In this document: piece by piece, positions 40,178-50,716 of the stretch
Numbering within the stretch: the first letter of the stretch is position 1
Layout of the letters: each line of letters starts with the position of its first letter
Source: Candidatus Methanophagaceae archaeon
Lineage (GTDB): Archaea > Halobacteriota > Syntropharchaeia > Alkanophagales > Methanospirareceae
Length of the DNA: 64,000 nucleotides
Reading direction: 5' to 3'
Assembly (NCBI GenBank): GCA_003194435.1
Contig: PQXC01000005.1
Span: 30,110 to 94,109 of the forward strand
The notes under the pieces: generated by a model
Told to the model about the DNA's origin: nothing
What the model saw: only the letters and a program-made list of their open reading frames with translations
The model's database searches: none
Program-made: the position numbers and the translations under genes

Positions 40178-40714
40178 TTCTATACACCACCAGTTGGTTC
40201 AGTCCGAACTCAAATGTTTCATAATGTTCCAATTTTAAACCAATTTTTTTGAGATACGAAGAAAATCCGATTTATTTAATAAGTCCTGATGCTCTTCCAA
40301 TGCCTCTCTGCTAAATAATTTGAATTTTGATCCTATCGTAAGAATTTTATTTGCTTTAGGTGTTGGCGTTGTAATTATCATCAATCCACCATCTTGTAAA
40401 TATTTTTGGAGTTTTATTAATGTTTGAACTGGATTCTCCAGATGCTCAATCACTGCTGCCAATACAACAGTATCAAACTTACAATTTTTGTTCTCAAATT
40501 CGTCTAAAGAATAAAATTTTGCATTTTTACGCTCCGCATTAACTTCTTTAGCAGACTCTATTACTTTTTTATCGATGTCTATGCCAACATATTCCTTCTC
40601 TGGAAGCATTGTTGCTAATTTTCCATATCCACAACCAAAATCTAAAATTTTGTCGCCTGTAGCATATTTTCTGATTTTGCTCATCCTCCATTTTTCAAGT
40701 AAAGGTGATAACAA
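40161..40714 (-). pseudogene. SAM methyltransferase, frameshifted in an A7 run near the 3' end
   Basis: LDFGCGYG and AVIEHLE. Adding one A at 40244-40250 restores ..KIGLKLEHYETFEFGLNQLVVYR. Confidence 0.68.
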
Positions 40715-40719
40715 GCCTG

Positions 40720-41631
40720 TTATCTGGCTCGGGTATGTTCATTACTTCCCGTGGTGATTCCCAGAAAGTAGCCAAAAATTCCTGGTAATAATGTAATTGA
40801 AAGGAATAAAAGTATTGAAAATGAGAAACCGTACGCTCCATTCTCTCCCAGTAATATAAAACAAATCGTAGCGACAGATTCCCTTAAACCCAAGCCGGAT
40901 ATGGTGATAGGAACATTTCCCAAAAGAATGATAAGCGGGAGTGTAATAACTGCCAATGTGTTGACATCTAAGGAGAGTAACAAGAAGGTTGCTAAAATAT
41001 AGACGATTAAATAGTAGCAGATTGTTAAAATAGTCACTTTGAACATAACTCCTTTATCTTTAACTAATTTCATGAATTTATCAACATATATATCCACATT
41101 TTCATCTTTGATTTTGAACGGTTTAGTGATGAGATAAATAAATCGTTTTTTAGTTAGTAACCATGTGCCTAAAAGAACAACAAATGCACAGATTAGAATT
41201 ATGTATTTAAATGCAGAATAATCATTAAAAAAAAAGATGACCGTTAAAAGGCTCAATAAAACTAATATAACAATATCTATGATTTTCTCAATTAAAATCG
41301 TTGGAATTGTCACAGATTTTTTCTCGTCTAAATGAAAGGCTCTCCCTATCTCACCCACCTTTCCGGGTGTAACTAACCCATAAAAAACACCAATTATCAG
41401 TATCTTGAATAAATTAACAAATGGCTTTTTTATTTTTATCGAATCGAGTAAAATGCTCCATTTGTAAGTTCTAATTATGTAGAGTATAGGAACAAAAAAT
41501 ATAGCTATTACAAGGTATGATAGGTGCAGAGAAGATAAAATATCCATTACCTCAAAAAGATTTATTTTTTTAAATAATACGATAGACAGAAGTATGGTTA
41601 GCCCAATTTTTAGAAGAGGTTCTTTTCTCAT
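40720..41631 (-). CDS. Lysylphosphatidylglycerol-synthase-TM / AglD2-like flippase-domain protein
   Basis: TPGKVGEIGR and PITISGLGLRE. Confidence 0.82.
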   Translation of the reverse strand: MRKEPLLKIGLTILLSIVLFKKINLFEVMDILSSLHLSYLVIAIFFVPILYIIRTYKWSILLDSIKIKKPFVNLFKILIIGVFYGLVTPGKVGEIGRAFHLDEKKSVTIPTILIEKIIDIVILVLLSLLTVIFFFNDYSAFKYIILICAFVVLLGTWLLTKKRFIYLITKPFKIKDENVDIYVDKFMKLVKDKGVMFKVTILTICYYLIVYILATFLLLSLDVNTLAVITLPLIILLGNVPITISGLGLRESVATICFILLGENGAYGFSFSILLFLSITLLPGIFGYFLGITTGSNEHTRAR

Positions 41632-42557
41632 TTTTTCAGCCTGTACAAAATCTCTTCTTCCAGCATCCTCTGGGTTTTTAGCGTGTCCGCAAGCAATCCA
41701 AGTACAATCACCTGTAGGCCAACAACAATTAATACAGTAGCGAGGACAGCCGAAGGCAGGTAAGGTGTAACCATGCCGGTAGCAAAATAATGTATCAATA
41801 CTCTGAATCCAAATATCAATCCAATTAATATTATTGCACCACCTATCGCTGTAAAAACTCTAAAAGGATGATAATCTCTATAACTTCTAATAATTGTGTT
41901 ACCAGCAGATTTCGCATAGCCCAATAAACTAGAGATTAATCTGGATTCGCCCTCTCTCCTTCTAAATTCTATAGGTATCTGCTCCACTGTTAGGTTCTTA
42001 TTAGCAGCCTGTATCAGTGTCTCTTGTACATAGGTATAATTACCGGTTAAATTCATTCGTAAGGCAGCTTCTCTTGAAAACGCTCTGAACCCAGTTTGCG
42101 CATCTCTAATTGGTAAGCCAGTTACCTGCCTCGTCACCCATGTAGCGAGTTTATTTCCTAATTTTTTCCCAATAGGCATGTGGTCTAAGGTATTTATTTG
42201 CCGGTCTCCCAACACCATATCTGCCTTTCCATTGATGATTGGCTCTATTAATTCCGGTATCTCCTTTGCATTATATTGGAAATCTGCATCTATGTTTACT
42301 ATGATGTCTGCTCCCATTTTCAGTGCTTCTTCCAATCCATCTCTGAAACTTATTCCTAAACCAAGATTTTTCTTATGAGAAATTATTTTATCCGCACCAG
42401 CCTTTCTTGCCACTTCCACCGTGTTGTCTATTGAGCCATCATTGATGACTAAAACCTCTATTCGATCAATTCCATCTATTCTACGAGGTATTTCGTTTAT
42501 AACTTTGCCGATTGTTTCTTCTTCGTTATAGGCTGGGATTGTAATTATTATTTTCAT
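41628..42557 (-). CDS. GT2 DPM-synthase-like glycosyltransferase
   Basis: IPAYNEE, IDADFQY and DAQTGFRAF; two C-terminal TM helices. Confidence 0.9.
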   Translation of the reverse strand: MKIIITIPAYNEEETIGKVINEIPRRIDGIDRIEVLVINDGSIDNTVEVARKAGADKIISHKKNLGLGISFRDGLEEALKMGADIIVNIDADFQYNAKEIPELIEPIINGKADMVLGDRQINTLDHMPIGKKLGNKLATWVTRQVTGLPIRDAQTGFRAFSREAALRMNLTGNYTYVQETLIQAANKNLTVEQIPIEFRRREGESRLISSLLGYAKSAGNTIIRSYRDYHPFRVFTAIGGAIILIGLIFGFRVLIHYFATGMVTPYLPSAVLATVLIVVGLQVIVLGLLADTLKTQRMLEEEILYRLKK

Positions 42558-42733
42558 CTCTGAAAAAACACCCCACCTTATATCTTACTTTCCTCCTTCA
42601 TTTATATTTAACCTTGCTCTGGAGATACACTTGAACACATGCTCAAAAAAGGCGGATTGAAGATGAACGTCGAGAATGCGCTGAAACTGCTGGGTAAGGT
42701 GAAGTATGTTGTAGTCAGAAAATCACCTTCAAA

Positions 42734-43516
42734 TCATCTCCGCCACCGCAATCGCAATCGCCACCGCGATGCAAATGAGACAAATACAACAGCAATAGCC
42801 ACAGCTACCAAGCTCATAGTGAACCCGCCTGCTGCTGGCTTCGGTGAAGGCGTCTCATACAGTCTTCTTATGTTACTACTTCTGTTCATCATCACATCCG
42901 CCACCGCAATAGCGAACTCGGTAGCATATTCCGGTCCCTTTGCTGTTACTATATTACCTGAGACCACCACACCTTTATCCTGATACTTCCCACCATTCTT
43001 TATCAGTTCCTCTTTCGCTGTTATGAACGCCGTACACTCTTTATCACGCAGAATACCCGCTCGTGCCAGCACCACTGGCGAGAGACAAATTGCAGCCACC
43101 GTCATATGGCTATCATAAGCCGCTCTAACCATGTCCCTCAGGTCGCTGTCATCCCATAGATATCGCATCGAGCCGACACCACCCACAATCACAATCGCAT
43201 CATACTCTGAGAGGTTCACATCACTAATCGAAAGATTTACAGCCACTTCACCGCCAGACATACCACGCGCTATGCCTGTTGTACATGTACGTGTACTCGC
43301 TACCACCACCTCCGCACCTAACTCCTTAAATATGCCCGAAGACACCGATAGCTCATCCTCTTTGTACCCCTCCGGAGCTACCACCATCAAGACACGCTTA
43401 CCCTCAAGCTCCTTGCCCATTACAGGGGCAGGGCTCAGGCTCAGTGACATGAGTAGAGCAACCAGAACTAAAACAAAAGCCAACACTGGCACTGCCCCTG
43501 CCACTAATCCTCTCAT
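42734..43516 (-). CDS. DJ-1/PfpI family protein with a signal peptide and PGF-CTERM-like tail
   Basis: YDAIVIVGGVG, AAICLSP and VTAKGP; hydrophobic N-terminus; tail AGGF + TM + RWRLRLRWRR. Confidence 0.85.
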   Translation of the reverse strand: MRGLVAGAVPVLAFVLVLVALLMSLSLSPAPVMGKELEGKRVLMVVAPEGYKEDELSVSSGIFKELGAEVVVASTRTCTTGIARGMSGGEVAVNLSISDVNLSEYDAIVIVGGVGSMRYLWDDSDLRDMVRAAYDSHMTVAAICLSPVVLARAGILRDKECTAFITAKEELIKNGGKYQDKGVVVSGNIVTAKGPEYATEFAIAVADVMMNRSSNIRRLYETPSPKPAAGGFTMSLVAVAIAVVFVSFASRWRLRLRWRR

Positions 43517-43575
43517 CCTCTATCTATCCTCTACCTCCCTTTTGGTTCTTTTTCTACTCGTATTTTGTATTTTAT

Positions 43576-43932
43576 TTCATAGCTCTTCAATATCCTCAAT
43601 ATATCTCTTATCTCTCAACTTTTTCAATATTCTCTTCTAAAAGGTCTGGTTCACTGTATCCTTCATAAAAGCACTGTTCTTGTAGATGATGGTCCCTTGC
43701 CGAGAACCTATCTACCAATCCCTTCTCTCTTATGAGTTCATCCTGTTTCTCCAGTTCTCTTAACCTCACGTTTCTTTTGGCAAACAGTTCATTTGTGCCT
43801 AATACAACAGAAATCCATGCATTCTCGCTCGCATCGCGCATTTTTATGTGGTTATTCTCTTTACAACCCTCTTCAAACTCTTTTTTTCGCCTCCTCCTAC
43901 ATCTCTTTCGCCTCTTCTATGTATTTGCTCAT
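43576..43932 (-). pseudogene. PaREP1/HEPN-like small protein pseudogene, copy A
   Basis: MSKYIEEAKEM*..(frameshift)..MRDASENAWISVV; extra 7-bp indel. Confidence 0.5.
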
Positions 43933-44120
43933 TTCAAGCGCTTACCCTCAAGCTCCTTGCCCATTACAGGGGCAGGGCTCAGGCTCAGTGACATGAGTAG
44001 AGCAACCAGAACTAAAACAAAAGCCAATATTGGCACTGCCCCTGCCACTAATCCTCTCATCCTCTATCTATCCTCTACCTCCCTTTTGGTTCTTTTTCTA
44101 CTCGTATTTTGTATTTTATT

Positions 44121-44469
44121 TCATAGCTCTTCAATATCCTCAATATATCTCTTAACTTTTTCAATATTCTCTTCTAAAAGGTCTGGTTCACAGTATCCTT
44201 CATAAAAGCACTGTTCATGTAGATGATGGTCCCTTGCCGAGAACCTATCTACCAATCCCTTCTCTCTTATGAGTTCATCCTGTTTCTCCAGTTCTCTTAA
44301 CCTCACGTTTCTTTTGGCAAACAGTTCATTTGTGGCTAATACAACAGAAATCCATGCCTTCTCACTCGCATCGCGCATTTTTATGCGATTATTCTCTTTA
44401 CAACCCTCTTCAAACTCTTTTTTTCGCCTCCTCCTACATCTCTTTCGCCTCTTCTATGTATTTGCTCAT
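44121..44469 (-). pseudogene. PaREP1/HEPN-like small protein pseudogene, copy B
   Basis: MSKYIEEAKEM*EEAKK, a frameshift, then EFEEG..RDASEKAW..LHEQCFYEG. ASEKAW resembles PaREP1. Confidence 0.55.
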
Positions 44470-44470
44470 T

Positions 44471-45871
44471 TCAAGCCCTTTTCCTATACTTTGGATGATA
44501 CTTCTTTATTATGTGCTCATCAATACGCTTGAGCTCCCCTTCCGGCAGTGTTGCAAGTAAATCCCAGCCAATGTCCAGTGTCTCTTCTATACTCCGCTCC
44601 TCGTTCTTACCCTGCGTGACAAACCTCTTCTCAAAGACATCAGCGAACTCCAGGTATTTTTTGTCACGGCTTGTTAGTGCCTCCTCGCCAACCACCGCCA
44701 CCAGGTCACGCATATCTCGTCCTTCCGCATAGCCCGCATATAGCTGATTCGATACGCCCGCATGGTCCTCTCTCGTCCTTCCTGGTCCTATACCCTCATC
44801 CATCAACCTGGATAGCGACGGTAATACATCCACCGGTGGGTATATACCACGCCTGTGCAGGTCTCGCGATAGAACAAACTGACCCTCGGTTATATAGCCC
44901 GTCAGATCTGGTATGGGATGCGTTATGTCGTCATCTGGCATACTCAGTATTGGTATCTGCGTAATTGACCCTTTACGTCCCCTTATTCGACCTGCTCGTT
45001 CGTAAATCGTTGATAGATCGGTGTACATGTAGCCTGGATAGCCACGCCTGCCCGGTACCTCCTCGCGTGCCGCAGAAATCTCTCGCAATGCCTCACAGTA
45101 GTTCGTCATGTCTGTAAGAATCACCAGTATGTGCATATCATACTCATATGCAAGGAACTCGGCAGTTGTCAACGCCATTCGTGGCGTTATCACGCGTTCA
45201 ATTGCGGGGTCGTCCGCGAGATTGATGAATGCAACTATACGTTCGATTGCACCTGTGCGTTCGAAATCGCGAATAAAGAAAGAAGCCTCCTCATGTGTAA
45301 TCCCCATTGCAGCAAATACGACCGAAAACGGCTCCCCAGTCGTCAATACCTTCGCCTGCCTCGCTATCTGGGCAGCAAGGGCGTTATGCGGCATACCCGC
45401 ACCTGAGAATATCGGTAACTTCTGACCCCGCACAAGTGTGTTCATGCCATCAATGGTGGATATCCCGGTCTGTATGAATTCACGTGGATAATCACGTGCA
45501 GTGGGATTTATCGCAGCACCAATGATCGGCAGGCGCTCCTCCGCTATCACCTCCGGTCCTCCATCACGCGGATTGCCCAGACCATCGAAGAACCGTCCAA
45601 CCATATCCTGCGCAACACTTATTCGCATAATATCGCCGGTGAATCTCACCCGAGTCCTTGATGTGTCTATGCCGGAAGTACCCTCGAAGACCTGTACCAC
45701 AGCAAGTCCCCTGCTCGCTTCCAGCACCTGCCCCGTCTTCTCTTCACCCTCCGGCGTTACTACTTTCACCACCTCTCCGTATGACACGCCCTCTACTCCT
45801 TCCACCACAATTAAAGGACCCGCTGCCTCTTTTATCGTGGTGTATTCCCTTGCCGATATATCTACCGCCAT
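44471..45871 (-). CDS. atpB: A/V-type ATP synthase subunit B
   Basis: [23 protein letters not shown] and [15 protein letters not shown]. Confidence 0.98.
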   Translation of the reverse strand: MAVDISAREYTTIKEAAGPLIVVEGVEGVSYGEVVKVVTPEGEEKTGQVLEASRGLAVVQVFEGTSGIDTSRTRVRFTGDIMRISVAQDMVGRFFDGLGNPRDGGPEVIAEERLPIIGAAINPTARDYPREFIQTGISTIDGMNTLVRGQKLPIFSGAGMPHNALAAQIARQAKVLTTGEPFSVVFAAMGITHEEASFFIRDFERTGAIERIVAFINLADDPAIERVITPRMALTTAEFLAYEYDMHILVILTDMTNYCEALREISAAREEVPGRRGYPGYMYTDLSTIYERAGRIRGRKGSITQIPILSMPDDDITHPIPDLTGYITEGQFVLSRDLHRRGIYPPVDVLPSLSRLMDEGIGPGRTREDHAGVSNQLYAGYAEGRDMRDLVAVVGEEALTSRDKKYLEFADVFEKRFVTQGKNEERSIEETLDIGWDLLATLPEGELKRIDEHIIKKYHPKYRKRA

Positions 45872-45895
45872 TTATTTTATTCACCTCTTCTCACT

Positions 45896-47665
45896 TTACG
45901 AACCTGAACCTTGCTTCATCAAAGCCTCAAATTCTTCTTTCATATCTCGCATTATATCCTCATATTTAGCTCTGAACTCCTCGTTCTTTATATACTTCAT
46001 CCTCGCTATTGCATCCTTTATTCGCATCAATTCCACTTTCTCCATGGCTATACCACGCTCTATCGCTTCCTTCGCATTGTCATACCACTGCAGAATCACC
46101 TTCGCCATCAAATACTGCTTCTCCAATGTGCAGTAAGAATCAACTTCATGATATGCGTTCTGTTGCAGGAAATCTTCCCTTATCATTCGTGCCACTTCCA
46201 GGGTACACCTCTCGCGTGGCGGTAGCGCATCGGCACCGACAAGCTGCACTATCTCCTGTAATTCCGCCTCCTTCTGCAATAGACTCATCATCTCCTCACG
46301 CTGCTCCATGAAGTCAGGAGCTCCGAATTTCGTGAACCAATCGCGGAGATACCCGATATAAAGTGAATAGCTGCGTAACCAGCTTATAGCGGGGAAATGC
46401 CGCCTATCTGCTAAGGAGGAGTCAAGTGCCCAGAAATCTCCCACCACACGCAGTGTATTCTGTGTTACAGGCTCTGAGAAATCGCCTCCAGGCGGTGATA
46501 CTGCTCCGACCACCGTAACAGACCCTATTCGGTCTTCCTGTGGTGAGCACAAAGTTCTTACGCGTCCCGCTCTTTCATAGAAATCCGACAGTCGCGCCGC
46601 CAGATACGCAGGATAGCCCTCTTCGCCCGGCATCTCCTCCAATCTGCCCGAGATCTCTCGCAACGCTTCCGCCCATCTCGATGTGGAATCCGCCTGTATC
46701 GCCACATCATAGCCCATATCACGATAATACTCCGCGATAGTGATTCCTGTATAAATAGACGCCTCCCTGGCTGCTACTGGCATATTTGAGGTGTTCGCAA
46801 TGAGTGTGGACCGCTCCATCAGTGTTTCACCTGTATGCGGATCAATGAGTTTAGGGAAATCTTCCAGCACTTCTGTCATCTCATTACCGCGTTCACCACA
46901 TCCGATATAAACAATAACCTGAGAATCAGCCCAGCGTGCTAATTGATGCTGCATGACCGTCTTTCCGGTACCAAAACCGCCCGGGATAGCGCCCGTGCCA
47001 CCTTTCGCTATCGGGAAGAAGGTATCATTGATACGCTGCCCTGTGAGTAATGGTACATCAGGGTCCAGTTTCTCCTTATACGGACGCCCCTTTCTCACAG
47101 GCCAGCTCTGCATCATCTTCAATTCCACCTCGCCTGTATCCGTCTCCACACGCCCTATACATTCGGCGACCGTGAATTCGCCCTCTTTAAGCTCTATAAG
47201 CTTACCCTTCACACCTGGTGGTACCATAATCCTGTGCTCTATCACCTTCGTCTCCTGAACAGTACCAAGAATATCACCACCTTCTATCTCGCGTCCTTCC
47301 TCCGCTTTTGCTGTGAATTTCCATCTCTTAGCACGGTCAAGTGCCTCTACATACACTCCCCTCTTTATATAATCACCCACCTTCGCCTTTATGGCTTCCA
47401 GAGGTCTCTGCACACCGTCATAAAAGTTCTTTAAAAGCCCGGGTCCGAGCTCGACAGATAGAGGCGAACCTGTTTTTATCACCGGTTCCCCGGGCTTCAA
47501 GCCCGCTGTATCCTCATACACCTGAATATACGCAAGGTCTCCATCCAGCCTTATCGTCTCGCCCAGCAAACCCTCTTCTCCTACCTTTATCACTTCGTAC
47601 ATCTCACAGCCACGCATATCATCGGCAACAACCAGAGGACCCGCAATCTTCATTATCTCTCCCAT
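45896..47665 (-). CDS. atpA: A/V-type ATP synthase subunit A (no intein)
   Basis: [16 protein letters not shown] and [12 protein letters not shown]. Confidence 0.98.
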   Translation of the reverse strand: MGEIMKIAGPLVVADDMRGCEMYEVIKVGEEGLLGETIRLDGDLAYIQVYEDTAGLKPGEPVIKTGSPLSVELGPGLLKNFYDGVQRPLEAIKAKVGDYIKRGVYVEALDRAKRWKFTAKAEEGREIEGGDILGTVQETKVIEHRIMVPPGVKGKLIELKEGEFTVAECIGRVETDTGEVELKMMQSWPVRKGRPYKEKLDPDVPLLTGQRINDTFFPIAKGGTGAIPGGFGTGKTVMQHQLARWADSQVIVYIGCGERGNEMTEVLEDFPKLIDPHTGETLMERSTLIANTSNMPVAAREASIYTGITIAEYYRDMGYDVAIQADSTSRWAEALREISGRLEEMPGEEGYPAYLAARLSDFYERAGRVRTLCSPQEDRIGSVTVVGAVSPPGGDFSEPVTQNTLRVVGDFWALDSSLADRRHFPAISWLRSYSLYIGYLRDWFTKFGAPDFMEQREEMMSLLQKEAELQEIVQLVGADALPPRERCTLEVARMIREDFLQQNAYHEVDSYCTLEKQYLMAKVILQWYDNAKEAIERGIAMEKVELMRIKDAIARMKYIKNEEFRAKYEDIMRDMKEEFEALMKQGSGS

Positions 47666-47707
47666 CTCTTCTCCACTCCTTCTTCTCCTATTCCTATAAT
47701 ATCCTAT

Positions 47708-48502
47708 CTATAATACAATTGAAGAACTGAGTGATTTAATAATCCTATCTTTTATTTCTTTTATTTGCTCTATTGCCGCTCCACCTTTATCTACCGGCGC
47801 CTCACCTTCCATGTCCGCCTCTATCAATGCCCTATCATAGGGTATCACCCCCAGCAGAGGTATGCCCAGTTCCTTCAATCGCTCTTTTATCTCCGCCACC
47901 ATCCCTGAATCCGTAGCTTTGTTAATCACACCCGCAAACCGGTTTATACCGATGTCCTCGCCAAGTTTCTTTATTCGCCCCACTGTCTCCACCGACCTCA
48001 TCCCTGGCTCCACAACCGTCAGCATCAGGTCTACCCCGCTTGCTGTTCCACGCCCTAAATGCTCTATTCCTGCCTCCATATCCATTATAACCATGTTCTC
48101 CCTGAATATCACATGACGCAGCAAAGCGCGAAGAAATGCACTCTCAGGACATATACACCCGCTACCACCTCGTTCCACCGTACCCATCACCACCAGAACG
48201 ACACCATCAGGTCCAATAGCTCCATATCTATCTATTATGTCATCCACCTTTGGATTCAGCTTGTAGACACCATAGCCCGAATATGCATCTGTTCGTTCAT
48301 AGATCAGGTCTTTGAGGTCAGATACAGGGGCAGGATTCGTCTTTATGCCCAATGCGAATCTTAAATTCATAGCGGGGTCTGCATCAACCGCAATAACTCT
48401 ACGCCCTTCCTTCGCTATGAGCCGGGCGAGAGTACCCGCAACTGTTGTCTTTCCCACACCGCCCTTACCGCCAACCGCTATCTTCAGCTTCTGTTCATGC
48501 AT
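47708..48502 (-). CDS. cooC: CooC/AcsF-type nickel-insertion ATPase
   Basis: GKGGVGKTT, DADP, GCICP and DMEAGIEHLGRG. Confidence 0.88.
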   Translation of the reverse strand: MHEQKLKIAVGGKGGVGKTTVAGTLARLIAKEGRRVIAVDADPAMNLRFALGIKTNPAPVSDLKDLIYERTDAYSGYGVYKLNPKVDDIIDRYGAIGPDGVVLVVMGTVERGGSGCICPESAFLRALLRHVIFRENMVIMDMEAGIEHLGRGTASGVDLMLTVVEPGMRSVETVGRIKKLGEDIGINRFAGVINKATDSGMVAEIKERLKELGIPLLGVIPYDRALIEADMEGEAPVDKGGAAIEQIKEIKDRIIKSLSSSIVL

Positions 48503-48556
48503 GTTCGCTTTCCTTACGTTATCAATTATCATATATAATGGAATAATGGAGAAATA

Positions 48557-49393
48557 ATGGTAATAGAGAAACTTGAAGTGTTGCGTGAGCGAATATCAGA
48601 GCGAGGTAATTTAATTGTTGCTTTCTCTGGCGGTGTAGACAGTGGTCTGCTGCTCGCAGTCGCCCATGAAGTGCTGGCTGATAACGTTCTCGCTGTGACA
48701 ATAGCCACAGAACTCGTCCCTGATAGGGATTTGAAGTCAATAAAAAAAATACTCGCTTACTTTAACATACGACATAAGATTGTGCATCTCTCGCTACTTA
48801 GCGATGAAGAATTCGTAGCGAATACTCGTGACAGGTGTTACTACTGTAAGAGACGTTTTAGTCAGTTATTAAAGCAGATAGCAGCCGATGAGGGAATAGC
48901 AACAGTTGCAGAAGGTGTTACTGCCTCTGATTACTACGAATACAGATACAGGCACAGACCAGGCATAGCAGCATCCCGGGAATCCGGGCTATGGCATCCC
49001 CTCGCGGAAGTAGGCATAACAAAGTCCGAAGTGAGAGCAATAGCGAAGGAGATAGGGCTTCCGTTCTGGAATAAACCCTCAAATGCGTGCTTAGCGACAA
49101 GGATAGCTTATGGCGAGAGGATAACGAGTGATAAACTGGAGATGATAGAGAATGCGGAGAATATCCTCTTAGATGCTGGCTTCTCTCAGCTCAGGGTTCG
49201 GCTGCACTGCGATGGGATAGCAAGGATAGAGCTGGCGAGGGATGAACTTACGCGCTTCTTCAATTTAAAACGGCTTAATCAGCTTGAACATCTCAGCACG
49301 GAACTGAAGAAGCTCGGATTCCGCTACATCACCATAGACCTTGAGGGATACCGAAGTGGAAGTATGGATGATACTGATACTGATACAGGATGA
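48557..49393 (+). CDS. larE: LarE-type ATP-dependent sacrificial sulfur transferase
   Basis: AFSGGVDS, RCYYCK, RPG, KPSNACLATRI and GYRSGS. Confidence 0.9.
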   Translation: MVIEKLEVLRERISERGNLIVAFSGGVDSGLLLAVAHEVLADNVLAVTIATELVPDRDLKSIKKILAYFNIRHKIVHLSLLSDEEFVANTRDRCYYCKRRFSQLLKQIAADEGIATVAEGVTASDYYEYRYRHRPGIAASRESGLWHPLAEVGITKSEVRAIAKEIGLPFWNKPSNACLATRIAYGERITSDKLEMIENAENILLDAGFSQLRVRLHCDGIARIELARDELTRFFNLKRLNQLEHLSTELKKLGFRYITIDLEGYRSGSMDDTDTDTG

Positions 49394-49429
49394 TTATTAT
49401 ATTAGAAAACCAATCATGAAGATGAAGAT

Positions 49430-50035
49430 ATGGAGATTATGAGAGAGATGGGAGAAGAATACACGTTACGTGAATATATTTATTCGCTCAGGTTCTATAT
49501 CTTATTCATCGTCGTCTTTTTCATCTCTTCCGCTATCATTGGATATCTCGGCTTCCTCAATGAGTTATTTAGTGCGGCTCTCCAATATATACAGCAACTG
49601 AGTGAGAACGTGAAGGGCTTCTCAGATTCATATCCCCTATGGGTATCATTCCTCCTGTTCTTCTTCGTTATATTCCTGAATAACGCCTTTACATGCTTCA
49701 TTGATATCCTCTCTGGACCTTTAGCAGGTATAGTCCCGCTATTCTCCGCGTTCGTCAACGGTGGGATTGTTGGCTGGTTTGTACAGCAGGAAGGGGGAAT
49801 TGTTCTCATTGCGATCATACCGCATGGGGTATTTGAGATACCAGCTTTCTTGATTTCTGCTGCTATTGGCTTGAGACTGGGCAGGGAGGTCTTCCGAAGT
49901 AGAGATGAGCGGGATTTGGGAGGCGAGCTGAAAAGAGGCTTGTGGGTATTTCTCACACTTGTATTACCGCTTCTTGTCATTGCCGCTATTATTGAATCAG
50001 CACTGATCACATTGCTACCACTGGTTGTTAAATGA
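49430..50035 (+). CDS. SpoIIM/DUF95 family membrane protein
   Basis: IFLNN, PHGVFEIPA and AAIIES. Confidence 0.85.
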   Translation: MEIMREMGEEYTLREYIYSLRFYILFIVVFFISSAIIGYLGFLNELFSAALQYIQQLSENVKGFSDSYPLWVSFLLFFFVIFLNNAFTCFIDILSGPLAGIVPLFSAFVNGGIVGWFVQQEGGIVLIAIIPHGVFEIPAFLISAAIGLRLGREVFRSRDERDLGGELKRGLWVFLTLVLPLLVIAAIIESALITLLPLVVK

Positions 50036-50056
50036 AGGCTGAGCGGGGCATGATTC

Positions 50057-50704
50057 ATGAGAGTTCAGGATGGTGTGTACTGGTACAGGGAGAAAGGACC
50101 GTTCGACGCGAACACATACGTGATAAAGGATGAACTCACACTCCTGATAGACCCCGGGCTGAAGGATTATCTCAAACTGCGAATCGAAGAGATGGCTAAC
50201 GACGGAGTGACCAAAGTTGACATCATAACGGTAACGCATCTCCATCCGGACCATTACGATGCAATAGAGGCATTGAAAGAAGCTTATAACGCCAGGGTGG
50301 CATTGCATTCCTCGCAATTAGAATATCTCGGTGTCATGATAGAAGAGGTATCGCGATTATTCTCTATGCCACACAGGCTTGATTTCAAGGTTGATATGGA
50401 GATAAAGGATGTGTTGAGATTAGGGAAGCGGGAATTGAAGATAATACATACTCCCGGGCATTCACCGGAGAGTATATGCTTTTACTCGCCCACTGATATG
50501 TTCCTGATATCGGGTGACCTGGTGTTTGAGCATAGTGTGGGGAGGACAGACCTGCCTTTTGGTAATAACCAAGCGCTGAGAGAATCCATTCATCAGATAG
50601 CTCTATTGGAGACTGAGCTCCTGCTACCTGGTCATGGTCGCATAATAAAAGGGCGAGCTAATATAAAGCGTAACTATGAGTTCATAAAGGAGTTCTATCT
50701 GTAA
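50057..50704 (+). CDS. Metallo-beta-lactamase fold hydrolase (glyoxalase II-like)
   Basis: THLHPDH, TPGHS, SGD and PGHG. Confidence 0.88.
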   Translation: MRVQDGVYWYREKGPFDANTYVIKDELTLLIDPGLKDYLKLRIEEMANDGVTKVDIITVTHLHPDHYDAIEALKEAYNARVALHSSQLEYLGVMIEEVSRLFSMPHRLDFKVDMEIKDVLRLGKRELKIIHTPGHSPESICFYSPTDMFLISGDLVFEHSVGRTDLPFGNNQALRESIHQIALLETELLLPGHGRIIKGRANIKRNYEFIKEFYL

Positions 50705-50716
50705 TTTTTTAATTTT

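Larger units (their letters stand above)
43395..44476. repeat. Tandem duplication of about 540 bp (43395-43939 and 43939-44476)
   Basis: Two near-identical copies differing by a few substitutions and one 7-bp indel. Confidence 0.95.

Noticed and set aside
42639..42983. Plus-strand 114-aa ORF
   Set aside because: Mostly antisense to the DJ-1 gene; at most a short 5' remnant.
45896..47665. Intein in atpA
   Set aside because: 589 aa is normal length and the Walker A region is uninterrupted.
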